From assembly GCF_963921235.1 (NCBI RefSeq), contig NC_086105.1, forward strand, positions 90,644,001 through 90,708,000: a stretch of DNA of 64,000 bases, written 5' to 3'. Each line of letters opens with the position of its first letter. The first letter of the stretch is position 1. This document shows positions 1 to 13,316 of the stretch, piece after piece. Under the pieces are notes generated by a model. That model did no database searches and had not been told where the DNA came from. It worked only from the letters and a program-made list of their open reading frames with translations. The stretch is from Mobula hypostoma. Lineage: Eukaryota. Both the position numbers and the translations under genes were made by a program.

Positions 1-2857
1 ATGTTCATGCCATCAGGTTGGAGGCTACCCAGACGGAATATAAGGTGTTGTTCCTCCAACCTGAGTGTGGCTTCATCTTTACAGTAGAGGAGGCCGTGGA
101 TAGACATGTCAGAATGGGAATGGGATGTGGAATTAAAATGTGTGGCCACTGGGAGATCCTGCTTTCTCTGGCGGACAGAGCGTAGATGTTCAGCAAAGCG
201 GTCTCCCAGTCTGCGTCGGGTCTCGCCAATATATAAAAGGCCACATCGGGAGCACCGGACGCAGTATATCATCCCAGTTGACTCACAGGTGAAGTGTTGC
301 CTCACCTGGAAGGACTGTTTGGGGCCCTGAATGGTGGTAAGGGAGGAAGTGTAAGGGCATGTGTAGCGCTTATTCCGCTTACACGGATAAGTGCCAGGAG
401 GGAGATCAGTGGGGAGGGATGGGGGGGACGAATGGACAAGGGAGTTGCGTAGGGAGCGATCCCTGTGGAATGCAGGTGGGGGGGGAGGGAAAGATGTGCT
501 TAGTGGTGGGATCCCGTTGGAGGTGGCGGAAGTTACGGAGAATAATATGTTGGACCCGGAGGCTGGTGGGGTGGTAGGTGAGGACTAGTGGGGTGGCGGG
601 AGGATGGAGTGAGAGCAGATGTACGTGAAATGGGGGTTAAGGTTAATCCTAACCTTACTATTAAACCCGCCGATAAGGGGGGTGCTGTTGTAGTCTGGCG
701 TACTAACCTCTACCTTGCCGAGACACAGCCACAACTCACGGATACCTCCTCTTATTTACCCCTCGATCGTGACCCCACTAAGGAGCACCAGGCCATTGTC
801 TCCCACACCATCACCGACTTTATCCGCTCAGGGGATCTCCCATCCACTGCTACCAACCTTATAGTTCCCACACCCCGCACTTCCCGTTTCTACCTCCTAC
901 CCAAGATTCACAAACCTGCCTGTCCTGGCCGACCTATTGTCTCAGCTTGCTCCTGCCCCACCGAACTCATTTCTGCATACCTCAACACGGTTTTATCCTC
1001 CCTTGTTCAATCCCTTCCGACCTATGTTCGTGACACTTCTCACGCTCTTAAACTTTTCGATGATTTTAAGTTCCCTGGCCCCCACCGCTTTATTTTCACC
1101 ATGGATGTCCAGTCCTTATATACTTCCATCCCCCATCAGGATGGTCTCAAAGCTCTACGCTTCTTTTTGGATTCCAGACCTAACCAGTTCCCCTCTACCA
1201 CCACTCTGCTCCGTCTAGCGGAATTAGTCCTTACTCTTAATAATTTCTCCTTTGGCCTCTTCCACTTCCTCCAAACTAAAGGTGTAGCTATGGGCACCCG
1301 TATGGGTCCTAGCTATGCCTGCCTTTTTGTTGGGTTTGTGGAACAATCTATGTTCCGTGCCTATTCTGGTATCTGTCCCCCACTTTTCCTTCGCTACATC
1401 GACGACTGCATTGGCGCTGCTTCCTGCACGCATGCAGAACTCGTTGACTTTATTAACTTTGCCTCCAACTTTCACCCTGCCCTCAAGTTTACCTGGTCCA
1501 TTTCTGACACCTCCCTCCCCTTTTTAGATCTTTCTGTCTCTGTCTCTGGAGACAGCTTATCCACTGATGTCTACTATAAGCCTACTGACTCTCACAGCTA
1601 TCTGGACTATTCCTCTTCTCACCCTGTCTCTTGCAAAAACGCCATCCCCTTCTCACAAGTCCTCCGTCTCCGCCGCATCTGTTCTCAGGATGAGGCTTTT
1701 CATTCTAGGACGAGGGAGATGTCTTCCTTTTTTAAAGAAAGGGGCTTCCCTTCCTCCACTATCAACTTTACTCTTAAACGCATCTCCCCCATTTCACGTA
1801 CATCTGCTCTCACTCCATCCTCCCACCACCCCACTAGGAATAGGGTTCCCCTAGTCCTCACCTACCACCCCACCAGCCTCCGGGTCCAACATATTATTCT
1901 CCGTAACTTCCGCCACCTCCAACGGGATCCCACCACTAAGCACATCTTTCCCTCCCCCCCCTCTCTCTGCATTCCGCAGGAATCGCTCCCTACGCAACTC
2001 CCTTGTCCATTCGTCCCCCCCATCCCTCCCCACTGATCTCCCTCCTGGCACTTATCCGTGTAAGCGGAACAAGTGCTACACATGCCCTTACACTTCCTCC
2101 CTTACCACCATTCAGGGCCCCAAACAGTCCTTCCAGGTGAGGCAACACTTCACCTGTGAGTCGACTGGGGTGATATACTGCGTCTGGTGCTCCCGATGTG
2201 GCCTTTTATATATTGGCGAGACCCGACGCAGACTGGGAAACTGCTTTGCTGAACATCTACGCTCTGTCCGCCAGAGAAAGCAGGATCTCCCAGTGGCCAC
2301 ACATTTTAATTCCACATCCCATTCCCATTCTGACATGTCTATCCACGGCCTCCTCTACTGTAAAGATGAAGCCACACTCAGGTTGGAGGAACAACACCTT
2401 ATATTCCGTCTGGGTAGCCTCCAACCTGATGGTATGAACATCGACTTCTCTAACTTCCGCTGAGGCCCCACCTCCCCCTCGTACCCCATCTGTTACTTAT
2501 TTTTATGCACACATTCTTTCTCTCACTCTCCTTTTTCTCCTTCTGTCCCTCTGAATATACCTCTTGCCCATCCTCTTGGGTCCCCCCCCCACCCTTGTCT
2601 TTCTTCCCGGACCTCCTGTCCCATGATCCTCTCGTATCCCCTTTTGCCTATCACCTGTCCAGCTCTCGGCTCTATCCCTCCCCCTCCTGTCTTCTCCTAT
2701 CATTTTGGATCTCTCCCTCCCCCTCCAACTTTCAAATCCCTTACTTACTCTTCCTTCAGTTAGTCCTGACGAAGGGTCTCGGCCTGAAACGTCGACTGCA
2801 CCTCTTCCTACAGATGCTGCCTGGCCTGCTGCGTTCACCAGCAACTTTTATGTGTGT
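1..2857 (+). mobile_element. Penelope-like retroelement (Neptune-type), young 5'-truncated copy with an inverted 5' arm (1-637 is the reverse complement of ~1786-2441)
   Basis: RT motifs (KPADKGGAVVV, YLLPKIHK, GRPIVS, MDVQSLYT, GVAMGTRMGPSYA, RYIDD) at ~642-1960. After one frameshift in a C-run near 1951-1961 come a Cys-rich linker (CKRNKCYTC) and a GIY-YIG endonuclease (GVIYCVWCSRCGLLYIGET...LRLEEQHLI) ending at 2463. A pyrimidine-rich 3' region and a hammerhead follow. Confidence 0.95.
2761..2798 (+). ncRNA. Minimal type-I hammerhead ribozyme in the PLE 3' region
   Basis: TAGTC-CTGACGA-AGG(GTCTCGG)CCT-GAAA-C-GTC^-GACTG. Intact CUGANGA and GAAA core, stem I TAGTC/GACTG, 3-bp stem II, palindromic loop-less stem III (ACGT), GUC cleavage triplet ending at 2793. 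Confidence 0.85.
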
Positions 2858-3697
2858 TCCTTTAAGTCTGTGCTGACCTTCAACCACCCATCTGCACTAA
2901 TCCAACATAAATCCTCCCCTCCACATTCTTGTCAGCTCCCCCAGATTCTAACATCCACATACACAATGAGAGCAGTAAACGGTATACAATTAACCGTATG
3001 TCTCTGCAATGTGGAAGGAAACTGAGGAAACTCAGTGTCACAGGGAGAAAATCTAAACTATACACAGTCAGTGCCACTAACTGTACTACCTATGTTTTGT
3101 AGCTAAATATTATTTGGGGGATTAGATTATGACTTTGTCAGTGATATCCACATACCATATGCAAGTAAAACCATCATTTTAATAGTGAATGATCATTACA
3201 AGGGGATACTGCTGTAGAACTATTAGGTGATTGGCTTAGACAGGAATTTGTGAATCAGGAGCCACTCAGTTTTTCTGTTTAATAAAATCATGGCTGATTT
3301 GATTATACTTATCTACACATGACAACCTTCCACCCCTATGCTATCAAGAATCTATATACCTCTGCATTAAAAATTCTCAACGTCTTCTTCCACCACCGTC
3401 AGAAAGAGTTACAAAGACTCACAACACTTTGAGAGAGAAAATATTGCCCCATCACTGTACTAAACGGGTGATCTCTTTTTCTTAAACAGTGATCTATTTC
3501 CATGCGGTCTTTATTCAATCCCACACGTTTATACTTTGATACTGTGAAATAGTGTTATTTACTCACAAAGCAGTTTACTGTAATCCTAATAAATTATAGA
3601 TTTATAAGCAGAGTAAGTTCTAATTACTGACCTATAGCATTAACACTGTTTCTGCCTCTCCGATGTTGTCTGACTCCTGTACATTGTTAGTTTTTAA

Positions 3698-3835
<138 letters not shown>

Positions 3836-4641
3836 TGAGAAGCCACTGGAGTCTGACCCATTGGAAACCCTTGCATTTTGTGTCCCTCCTACGAGCTCTG
3901 CAACCCAACCAAAGTCTGGTGTAAACTAGTAATAAAAACAGATCGGGGGTTGGAGTGAGCGTGTACCTTGATTAAATATACAGGTTCCAGTCCGGATGAA
4001 TCAAAGTGCTTGTGTCCGTGTGTGTGAAGCTCATAGAATCCCAATGGAAATGACAGAAGGAACTCACTACCTGCCAAACTGCTCGTCACTCTATCAGCAA
4101 CCTCTGATCACAAAGTTTGTTATTCTCACATCGATCCCATGAGCCACCTCAGAACCGTCGTCATTGGTCTCACAGGACTTATCAAAAAGAAAATAGTTTC
4201 ACTCAGGTCTTCAGTGTAAATAGTGAAGAATGTCCCAGATCTGATGCAACACCTTTCGAAGCAATCTTTCATTTAAGTATGCTTATTCTTTTCCTCAAGT
4301 TAAATTATTTAATTCTGGGATAAAAGTTTGGCTCCAGCATGCTGGCAATGCCCATCATCATTTCACTGTACAGCACCACTTCTGTTTGGGAAGATTTTTG
4401 CAACCTCTTCTAGTTGGCAGTGAAGCTCAGAATCAGGTTTATTGTCATGGACGTATGTTGTGAAATTTGTTGTTTTGTGGCAGCAGTACAGTATAATTCG
4501 TAAAAAATTAATATAAATTACACTAAGATATGTATACAAAGAAATAGTGCAGAGCTAAAAGCTGACTCAGATGAGTTAGCCACCTGAATTAGTGCATGAT
4601 GCACAACCACATCATACAGTCAGATCAGGGTGAAAATGTGA

Positions 4642-4830
<189 letters not shown>

Positions 4831-5121
4831 TAAGTCAGCATAGTTTTTTTTCATTCTAAACTTTAGGTGCAGCCTTTATCATTATAAACTTCAGAACCTT
4901 CATATTGTTTTGTTGGAACTTTCCTTCAACTGGATTTCCCTGGTGCATAGTACAAAGAGTGGGCTTGGATATTCTGTTGTGGTCTCATAGATTACATCTA
5001 TTTCGCTAGTTACCAAATGGCTTGGTTCCCTATTGTATAGGAGCCATGGAGAAGGGGTCCTCAGCTTCTGCTGATTTCTCCAGGTAACCCAAACAGATAC
5101 ACCTTCTGTCCTCATCGATGC

Positions 5122-5500
5122 ATGTTTTCAGTGTGTGCCCGTCTGGAGAAATCAACGATAACAGAACATTGCATTCACAATTGCCATAGGACTGGCTTCG
5201 ACAACACAAAACTACTATGCCGCGCCAATAGCTTTTGGGACTCCCTGGTGAAGGAAGCCATTGAAATAAAACCAGAGAAAAAGAATTTTAACAAGGACGA
5301 AGGTCTCCCTCTAAGTAAGAACTGGAATTCGATTGTATACAAGGTGGGACAGTGGATGAGGACTAACCAATCAGGAGGGCTAGACAATGGGGGTAATATA
5401 CCACCGAACTAGACATGCCTAGGTATCAACCCTGATGATCGTCATCAAAGTGTCAGTTAAAATCAGTACCTGTACTTGGCTGAAAACTCGAGATGAGTTT
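5122..5500 (+). mobile_element. Fragment of a second PLE lineage (Poseidon/Penelope-type endonuclease C-terminus plus 3' region)
   Basis: EHC..H...FDNTKLL...KEAIEIK...NFNKDEG..LSKNW resembles the PLE GIY-YIG C-terminus; a degenerate CTGATGA motif lies near 5432. Confidence 0.7.
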
Positions 5501-5904
5501 ATTAGTGAGGTAGGTTCATGGGTTCCATATCCATTCAGAAATTGAATGGCAGAGGGGAAGAAGTTCCTGAATCATTGAGTGTGTGTCTTCAGGCTTCTGT
5601 ACCTTCCCCCTGATGGTAGGAATGAGCAGAGGGCATGCCCTGAGTGATGGGCGTCCTTAATGATGGATGCCACCATTTTGAGACATCGCTCCTTGAAGAT
5701 GTCCTGGATACTACAGAGGCTAGTGCCCATGATGGAGCTGACTGAGTTTACAAGTCTCTGCAGTTTATTTTGACCTTCCCCCCCATAGCAACCTCCCCAT
5801 ACCAGATGACGATGCAGCCAGTTAGAATGCTGTCCATGGTACAGCTGAGAAATTTGCTAGTGTCTTAAGTGACATACCAAATCGCCTCAAACTCTTAATG
5901 AAAT

Positions 5905-7459
5905 CCTAAACACAAGAAAATCTGCAAATGCTGGAAATCCAGAGCAACACACACAAAATGCTGGAGGAACTCAGCAGGTCAGGCTGCATCTGTGGAAATG
6001 AATAAACAGTCAACATTTTGGACTGAGACCCTTCATTGGGACTGGAAAGAAAGGTGAGAAGTCAGAGTAAGAAGGTAGTGGGAGGGGAGGAAAAGTACAA
6101 GGTGGTAGATGATGGGTGAACCCAGGAGATGGGGTGGGGGTGAAGTAAAGAGCTTGAAAGTTGATTGGTGAAAGATCAACCCTACCCTCAAATTTACATG
6201 GTCCATTTCTGACACCTCCCTCCCCTTTCTCCACCTCTGTCTATCTACCAATATCTTTTATAATCCCATTGAATCTCACAGTTACCTGAACTATACCTCT
6301 TCCCACTCTGTCACTTGTAAAAATGCCATCCTCTTCTCTGTTCCGCCATCTCTGCTGTATCTGCTCTTGTGATGAGGCTTTATATTCTAAAGCTAATGAG
6401 ATACCGTCCTCCCTCAAAGAAAGGGGCTTCTCACGCTCCACCATCAACACTGCCCTCACCTGCATCTCTTCCATTTTGGCATGTCTGCCCTCAGCCCATC
6501 CTCCCCCGCCACAACAGAGATGGGCTTCCTCTTGTCCTCACCTACCACCACACTAGCCTCCGTGTCCAGCACATAATTTTCCATAATTTCCACCGTCTCC
6601 AATGGGATCCCACCACCAAGTACATCCTTCCCTCTTCCTCACCCCCCCTCCATTTTCCACTTTCTGCAGGGATCGCTCCCTCTGCAACTCCCTTGTCCAC
6701 TCATCCCTCACCTCTGGCACTTATCCTTGCAAGTGGAGCAAGTGCCACACCTGCCTGTACACCTCCTCTCTCACTACCATTCATGGCCCCTAAGAGTCCT
6801 TCCAGGTGAGACGATACTTCTCCTGTGAGCTTGTTGGGGTTATCTGGTGGCCTCCTGTACATCGATGAGAACCGACGTAGATCGGGAGACCACTTCGCAG
6901 AGCACCTACCCTCCACCAGAAAAAGCGAGATCTCCTGGTAGCCACGCATTTCAATTCTACTTCCCATTCCCATTCTGAGATGTCAGTCCTCTACTGCCGC
7001 GATGAGGCCACACTCAGGTTGGAGGAGCAACACCTTGTATTCTGTCTGGGTAGCCTCCAACCTGATGGCATGAACATCAATTTCTCAAACTTCCAGTAAT
7101 GCCCCCCACCCCCACCCACCATTCCCCATTCCGGTTTCCTTCTCTCACCTTATCTCCTTGCCTGTCCATCACCTCCCTCTGGTGCTCTTTCTTCTTCCCT
7201 TTTTCCATCATCGTCTATCCTCTCCTATCAGATTCCCCTTCCTCCAGCTCTTTATCTCTTTCACCAATCAACTTCTCAGCTCTTTACTTCACTTGCAGTT
7301 TCACCCATCACCTTGTACTTCTTCCTCCCCCCCCCACCTTCTTACTCTGACTACTCCCTTCCCATTCTTGACAAAGGGTCCAGCCCAAAACGTCAGCTGT
7401 TTACCTCTTCCATAGATACTGCCTAGCCTGCAGAGTTCTTCCAATGTTTTGTGTGTGCT
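5905..7459 (+). mobile_element. Decayed Neptune-type PLE with inverted 5' arm (~5905-6178)
   Basis: 13-bp TSD CTCTTAATGAAAT (5892-5904 and 7460-7472); RT C-terminal and GIY-YIG remnants; the inverted arm carries the terminal tail. Confidence 0.9.
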
Positions 7460-7679
7460 CTCTTAATGAAATATAGCCACTGCCGTGCCTCATTTTTAAC
7501 TGCATCAATATGTTGGGTCCAGGATTGATACTCAAAGATATTGACACCTGGGAACTTGACATTGCTCACTCTTTCTATGAGTACTGACTGGTGTGTGTTC
7601 CCTTGTCTTACCATTTCTGAAGTCCACATCAGTTCTTCGGTCTTACTGATGTTGAGGGAGGGAGGGCAGGGAACGTCGA

Positions 7680-7892
7680 CTCAGACCATGAGAGGCCTGT
7701 GTGGGGCATTTTCATGCCTTACAAGGTGCAGATTGGAAGTATGTGTGGGGCGCCACTCCTCACACCAGACACTAGAGCAATGTGTGATTAAGTGCCTTGC
7801 TCAAGGGCACAAACACACTGCCACAGCTGAGGCTCAAACTAGTGACCTTGAGATAACTAGACGAACGCCTTAACCACTTGGCCACGTGCCCA
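7680..7892 (-). mobile_element. tRNA-derived SINE (CORE-like body)
   Basis: Minus-strand A-box TGGCCAAGTGG, degenerate B-box, and GTGCCCTTGAGCAAGGCACTTAA core motif. Confidence 0.7.
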
Positions 7893-8309
7893 ACACAATG
7901 TTGGGTGCAAAGTTATTGCTGCGACACACTTAACTAGCTGATATATCTCACTCCTATATGCCTTCTCATCACCTTCTGAAATTCTGCCAACAGTAGTTGT
8001 ATCGGCAGCCAATTTATAGATGGCATTTGACCTATGCCTAGGTATGGAAATAGAGCAGTGGGCTAAGCACACATCCCTGGGGTGTGCCAGAGTTGATCAT
8101 CAATGAGGTCGAGATGTTATTTCCAATTCACACAGGTTGATGTCTTCCAGTAAGGAAGTCAAGGATCCAGTTGCGGAGGGAGGTACAGAACCCTGGTTCT
8201 GCAGCTTTTCGACCAGAACATTAGGAATGATTGTATTAAACGCTGAGCTGTAGTCAATAAGCAACATCCTGACATAGGTATTTGTATCGAGGGTCTCATT
8301 CAACCTCCT

Positions 8310-9290
8310 TCTCTATTCTGCCATTCATTCATGGCTGATTTTTTTCAACCCCATTTTTCTGTGTTCTCCTTGTAATTCTTAACCCACCTATCAATCTCTG
8401 CCTTAAATACATACAATGACTTGCCATCTATATCTCTGTTACAATAAATGCAACAAATTCACTATCTTCTGCCACAAGAAATTCTTTCTTATCTCAGTTT
8501 TAAAGGGATGATCCTTTGTTTTGCAGCTATGCCCTCAAGTCCTCAATTTACTAATAGAAATGCCCTGTCCAAGTCCATTCTATCCAGGCCTTTCAGTATC
8601 TGGTAGGTTTCAATGAGATCTTTCCGCACATCCTTTTAAACTCCATCGAGTACAGGCCCAGAGACATTAAACCCTCCTCATGTTAAGTCTTTCGATCATT
8701 TTTGTGAATCTTCTGGACACTCTCCAGGGCCACTTCATCCTTCCTTAAATAAAGGACCCAAAGTTACTCACAATTTTCCGCATGCAGCCTGACCAATTCT
8801 TTATAAAGCATCATCCTTGTTTTTATATTCTAGTCTATCTGAAAAGAATGCTAACATTAAATTTACCTTCCTTATTACCCACTCAACCTGCAAGTTAACC
8901 TTAAGGGAACTCCGAAAGCCCTTTGCACCTCTGATTTCTGCATTACTTCCACATTTAGGAAAAGGTCTACGCTTTATTTCTACCAAATAGCACAGCCCAC
9001 ACTTCCTTATGCAGTATTCAACCTGCCACTTCGTTGCCCACTCTCCTAACCTCTCTAGGTCTTTCTGCAGACTTGCTGTCTCCGTAACAATACCTTTCCT
9101 CTGTCTGTCTTTGTATAGTCTGCAAATCTGGCCACAAAGCCATCAATTCCTTAATCCAGATTATTAACGTATAAATTGAAAAGTTGCAGTTCCAACACTG
9201 ATCCCTGCAGACTAGCTAAAAGCAGTCATCTTGAAGAGTACCCCTTTACTCCACTAATTTCTGCCAGGCAGCTGATCTATTCAAGCATTT
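8310..9290 (-). mobile_element. Old CR1 LINE 3' fragment
   Basis: Decayed CR1 RT C-terminal motifs (LKVNLQVEWVIRKVNLMLAF...LEYKNKD). Confidence 0.75.
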
Positions 9291-9301
9291 TCTCTCTAAT
9301 A

Positions 9302-9382
9302 CAGGGGTCCCCAACCTGGGGTCTACAGACCCCCTTGTTTAATGGTATTGGTCTGTGGCATAAAAGAGTTTGGGAACCCCTG
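9302..9382. mobile_element. 81-bp hAT (Charlie-like) MITE
   Basis: TIRs CAGGGGTCCCCAACCT / AGTTTGGGAACCCCTG; perfect 8-bp TSD CTCTAATA (9294-9301 and 9383-9390). Confidence 0.85.
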
Positions 9383-9944
9383 CTCTAATACCATGGGCTC
9401 ACATCTCATTCCTGTGTTTCCCATGTTCTCGGGGTCTTGCTGATGATTTGAAGCTGGCTGGAAAAGCAAGTGTGGAGGAGGGAGGGGTATGGGGTGCATT
9501 GAGTCTGCATGAGGATAGAGGAGTGGCTAAAATATGGAAGATGGAATATAATGTGGGGAAACGTATGGCTCATTCTAGTTCCCCCTTAGCAAGAATAGAA
9601 AATTATTTTTGTTTAACCGGAGAGGGAGACAATGCTGTAGGGGAGGTTTTGGATGTAAATATAGCAGAGGATGTTGAGGAACAGCAAGCAACTAGGAAGC
9701 AAATGTAATGGCCTTTATTGCAAGAATAATGGATTAATAAAGAGAATACTCCTGTGACAACCTTCACCTCTGCTCTGGTCTGTCTACTCAAAGTTGACAA
9801 CTTCTGTTTTTATGTTCTTGCTGCAGCTTCTGATGTTTATATTTCTTTTCAAAGGTTTACCTAGACAGTTTTAATCTTTTAATTTCTATCATCTGAGTAA
9901 ACCTTCATACATTGAGACATAGCTTTCAAGCTTGTTAGTATTGC

Positions 9945-11050
9945 AACAGAAAAAAACAAACTGCTGGACGAACTCTGGGTCAAGCAAAATCTGTGGAAGC
10001 ATTTCAGCTGAAGACCCTGCAAAGAGACTGATGGTGTAGAGAGACAATAGCCGATGTATTGAAGTGAGAGGGAGGGTGAGACAGATGATAGATAGGACCA
10101 GGTAAGGGTGGAGGGGCTGATGAGCAGTTGAAGATGGAGGTGGAAATGGGGGGTAGTAGTGACACAGATGCTGATAAGGACAGGTAGAAACATATTTATG
10201 TATGGAATGACCTGTCTGGAGGGTACACAATTACCAACGGCACTGTATCTCAATGCAAATGTTGGGTATTCGGTGCAGCTTGGGTGTGTTGGAAGGGTGG
10301 AGGAGAGAAAGGTGCTGAGAGGTGATAGGTGGAACCAGATGAAGGAGAAGTGATAAGCAATGGAACCAGGAGGGGAAAGGAATAAGAAAGATGTACCAAG
10401 GAAGAAGACATGTTGATGGATAGGCTATAGACAATGTGCATAGCAACCAACATGAGCTGCTGCTTGTTACATGCCATTTCAGCTCCCCTTCCCATTCCCA
10501 CATCTGTTCTTGGTCCTCTGTACTGCTACAGTGGGGCCAAACGCAAACTAGAACAGCACCTCTATTCCACTTGGATAGCTGACAGCCCAATGATATGAGC
10601 ATTGAGTTTAATCCATGTCCCGTGTTCCTTTCCTACTTCCAGCAGTCTGCCAGGTTCCTTTTCCCTTTGTTCACCTTTCTCCATCCCTCCCTTTGTCACC
10701 AGGACTTGTTACCCTTCCCCACCTCGTTCCATCTGCCCATATTCCTCCCTACCTGCCTCTGCCTCATCCCCATCCCCATCCACACCCCTCAGTTTCATCC
10801 ATTTGCTGTCTTTCCTCTACACCAGCAGTTCCCAGCCATGGGTTCACACACCCCTAGGTTAATGTTAGGGGTCAATGGCATAAAAAAGGTCGGAAACCCC
10901 CGTTCTACACTCAGTCCTGATGCAGGGTTCAACCCAAAACACTGACAGTCCTTTTAACCCGACAGATGATTCTAGACTTCCAGAGCTTTGCCAGCAGTTG
11001 TTTTTTTTTCTTATTTTGCAGCATATTTCAGCATCTAGAGTCTCATGCCT
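9945..11050. mobile_element. Old PLE copy with an inverted arrangement and decayed hammerheads
   Basis: Minus-oriented PLE end at ~9945-10150; plus-oriented endonuclease remnant and 3' end at ~10470-11050 (CAGTCCTGATGCAGGG...). Confidence 0.6.
10823..10902. mobile_element. 80-bp hAT MITE, same family as 9302-9382
   Basis: Same length and internal motif (ATGGCATAAAA); 8-bp TSD CTCTACAC/TTCTACAC. Confidence 0.75.
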
Positions 11051-11261
11051 CGAATATCCCAACAGACTTTACAGTTCATTATTTCAGTTGCCCTTCCAAC
11101 TAGTATTAACATTTTGTGTCAAAGGTTCCTGTTCAGGAGTTCCTGTGCACCTATCAGAGTGACATACTTGTAAGAGATGTGACAAAGAATTGACATTAAA
11201 ATATGTGATATAGAACACAAACTGCACTAGGCTGATAATTAATTTTAAAATAAATGCTTAA

Positions 11262-11573
<312 letters not shown>

Positions 11574-11654
11574 TAAGTCAATAGGAGGGAGATGCCAATT
11601 TTAACTTTTTACTCAAAAATTGATGGTAAAAATAAACATCTGGACATAACTTTT

Positions 11655-12039
11655 GGGTAGATGGAGCTCGTCAGCCTCGGAAGGCAGTCCATCTAAGAGA
11701 GGGAAAACTCTGATTTCAAATCTCTGCTGCCTTGTGACCATACCCACTCATGGGAAAGGCTTTGGGAGTAAACCCTGAGGACAAATCGGGAGCTGGAGTC
11801 CCTAAGGCAGTTCGACATTGTCTTCAACCTCGTTCTGGCAACTCCTGTGATGACACCGGTGCCAAGCTGTATTGGCCCTTGCCCTTTCCTTGGACAACAT
11901 CGGTGTCGTGGAGAGGGGAGACTTGCTGCATGCGCAACTGCCGGTCTTTCATACAACTTTGCCCAGGCCTGCGCCCTGGAGAGGAGAAGCAAGACTTTCC
12001 AGGCACAGATCCATGGTCTTGCGAGACTAACGGATGCCA
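11655..12039 (+). mobile_element. Non-coding, probably RTE-derived short retroelement
   Basis: 15-bp TSD CTGGACATAACTTTT (11640-11654 and 12040-12054); RTE-5'UTR-like GGCAGTCCATCTAAGAGAGGGAAAACTCTG; no meaningful ORF. Confidence 0.7.
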
Positions 12040-12657
12040 CTGGACATAACTTTTTAAAAATGTTAGGAATAAATTAAATGACATGATTTTCTAGAATTGT
12101 AAAGATTGAAGAAGTTTTCTTTGGGTTAGAAATTTCAAAATATATTCATGTCAGGTAAGGGTAAGAGATATGAAAACTGAGTTCAGTATCAGTTGGAGGG
12201 AAGTCACTTAAACCTTTCATTTGAGGCATAATGATTGATAACCTGAGCAAATGTCAAAGGGTCAGGTGAAGGCTGTTATGTATTCATTCAAATGGTTGAG
12301 TAATTTGAGCAAGTTGTTAGTATGGTGGATAGATTGTTACCTTGCGTTTAGAATATAATTCCACACAAAAATTTTATTAAAAGTATATTAAGGATCAATT
12401 GCCATTATTTGGAGAAGATATTCCTTACATGTCATAGCCAAACATTGTAGGGTCTAAATACAGATTCATTAGTCATTTCTTTCTGCTCTGTGAGGTAATG
12501 TTTTGCAGAGGATTCCTGTACATTAAATAACTGCTTTTGTTGGTATAAAAAATTGGCAGACTTCAAGACAACTTGTGTTTGAGGGACTGTCTGTGTTGGA
12601 AGCATGTTGAAGGCTCGAGCTCATTTTACCATGTTTGATCTAAATTTGGAAATTTAG

Positions 12658-12984
<327 letters not shown>

Positions 12985-13316
12985 TAACTAGGGAGTTGGA
13001 ATGCAAGGTGGAAAATACCCAGGTTGGATCAAAACATCTGATATAATCAACTTGTGTAATAACAGGTCACAATTAGTGGGTAGGTACTGGCTTCTCCTCT
13101 TCTGAGCCAGAGTTAAACTTATTACTTGACAGCACTCACTAGCTAGAGTAACAGAAAGATGGAGTTACTGTGGCCACAGGGACAGTGAATTAAATGATCT
13201 GGAACAAAGTTATTCTGGATTGTTCCAACAGCTCATCTGGTTCATTTATGTTCTCTGAGGAATAAATTCTGGTGTCTGCCCAGTGTGCCTGATATTTAGA
13301 ATACAAGAAATGGAAG

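Larger units (their letters stand above)
5500..8295 (-). mobile_element. Rex1/Babar LINE fragment split by a PLE (5905-7459) and a SINE
   Basis: Minus-strand remnants [47 protein letters not shown]. Confidence 0.8.

Noticed and set aside
588-2036. 482-aa ORF as a complete gene
   Set aside because: Its first ~17 codons come from the inverted arm and its tail is out of frame; it is a truncated PLE RT.
7820-7892. tRNA-like sequence
   Set aside because: Degenerate B-box and no proper cloverleaf; it is a SINE head.
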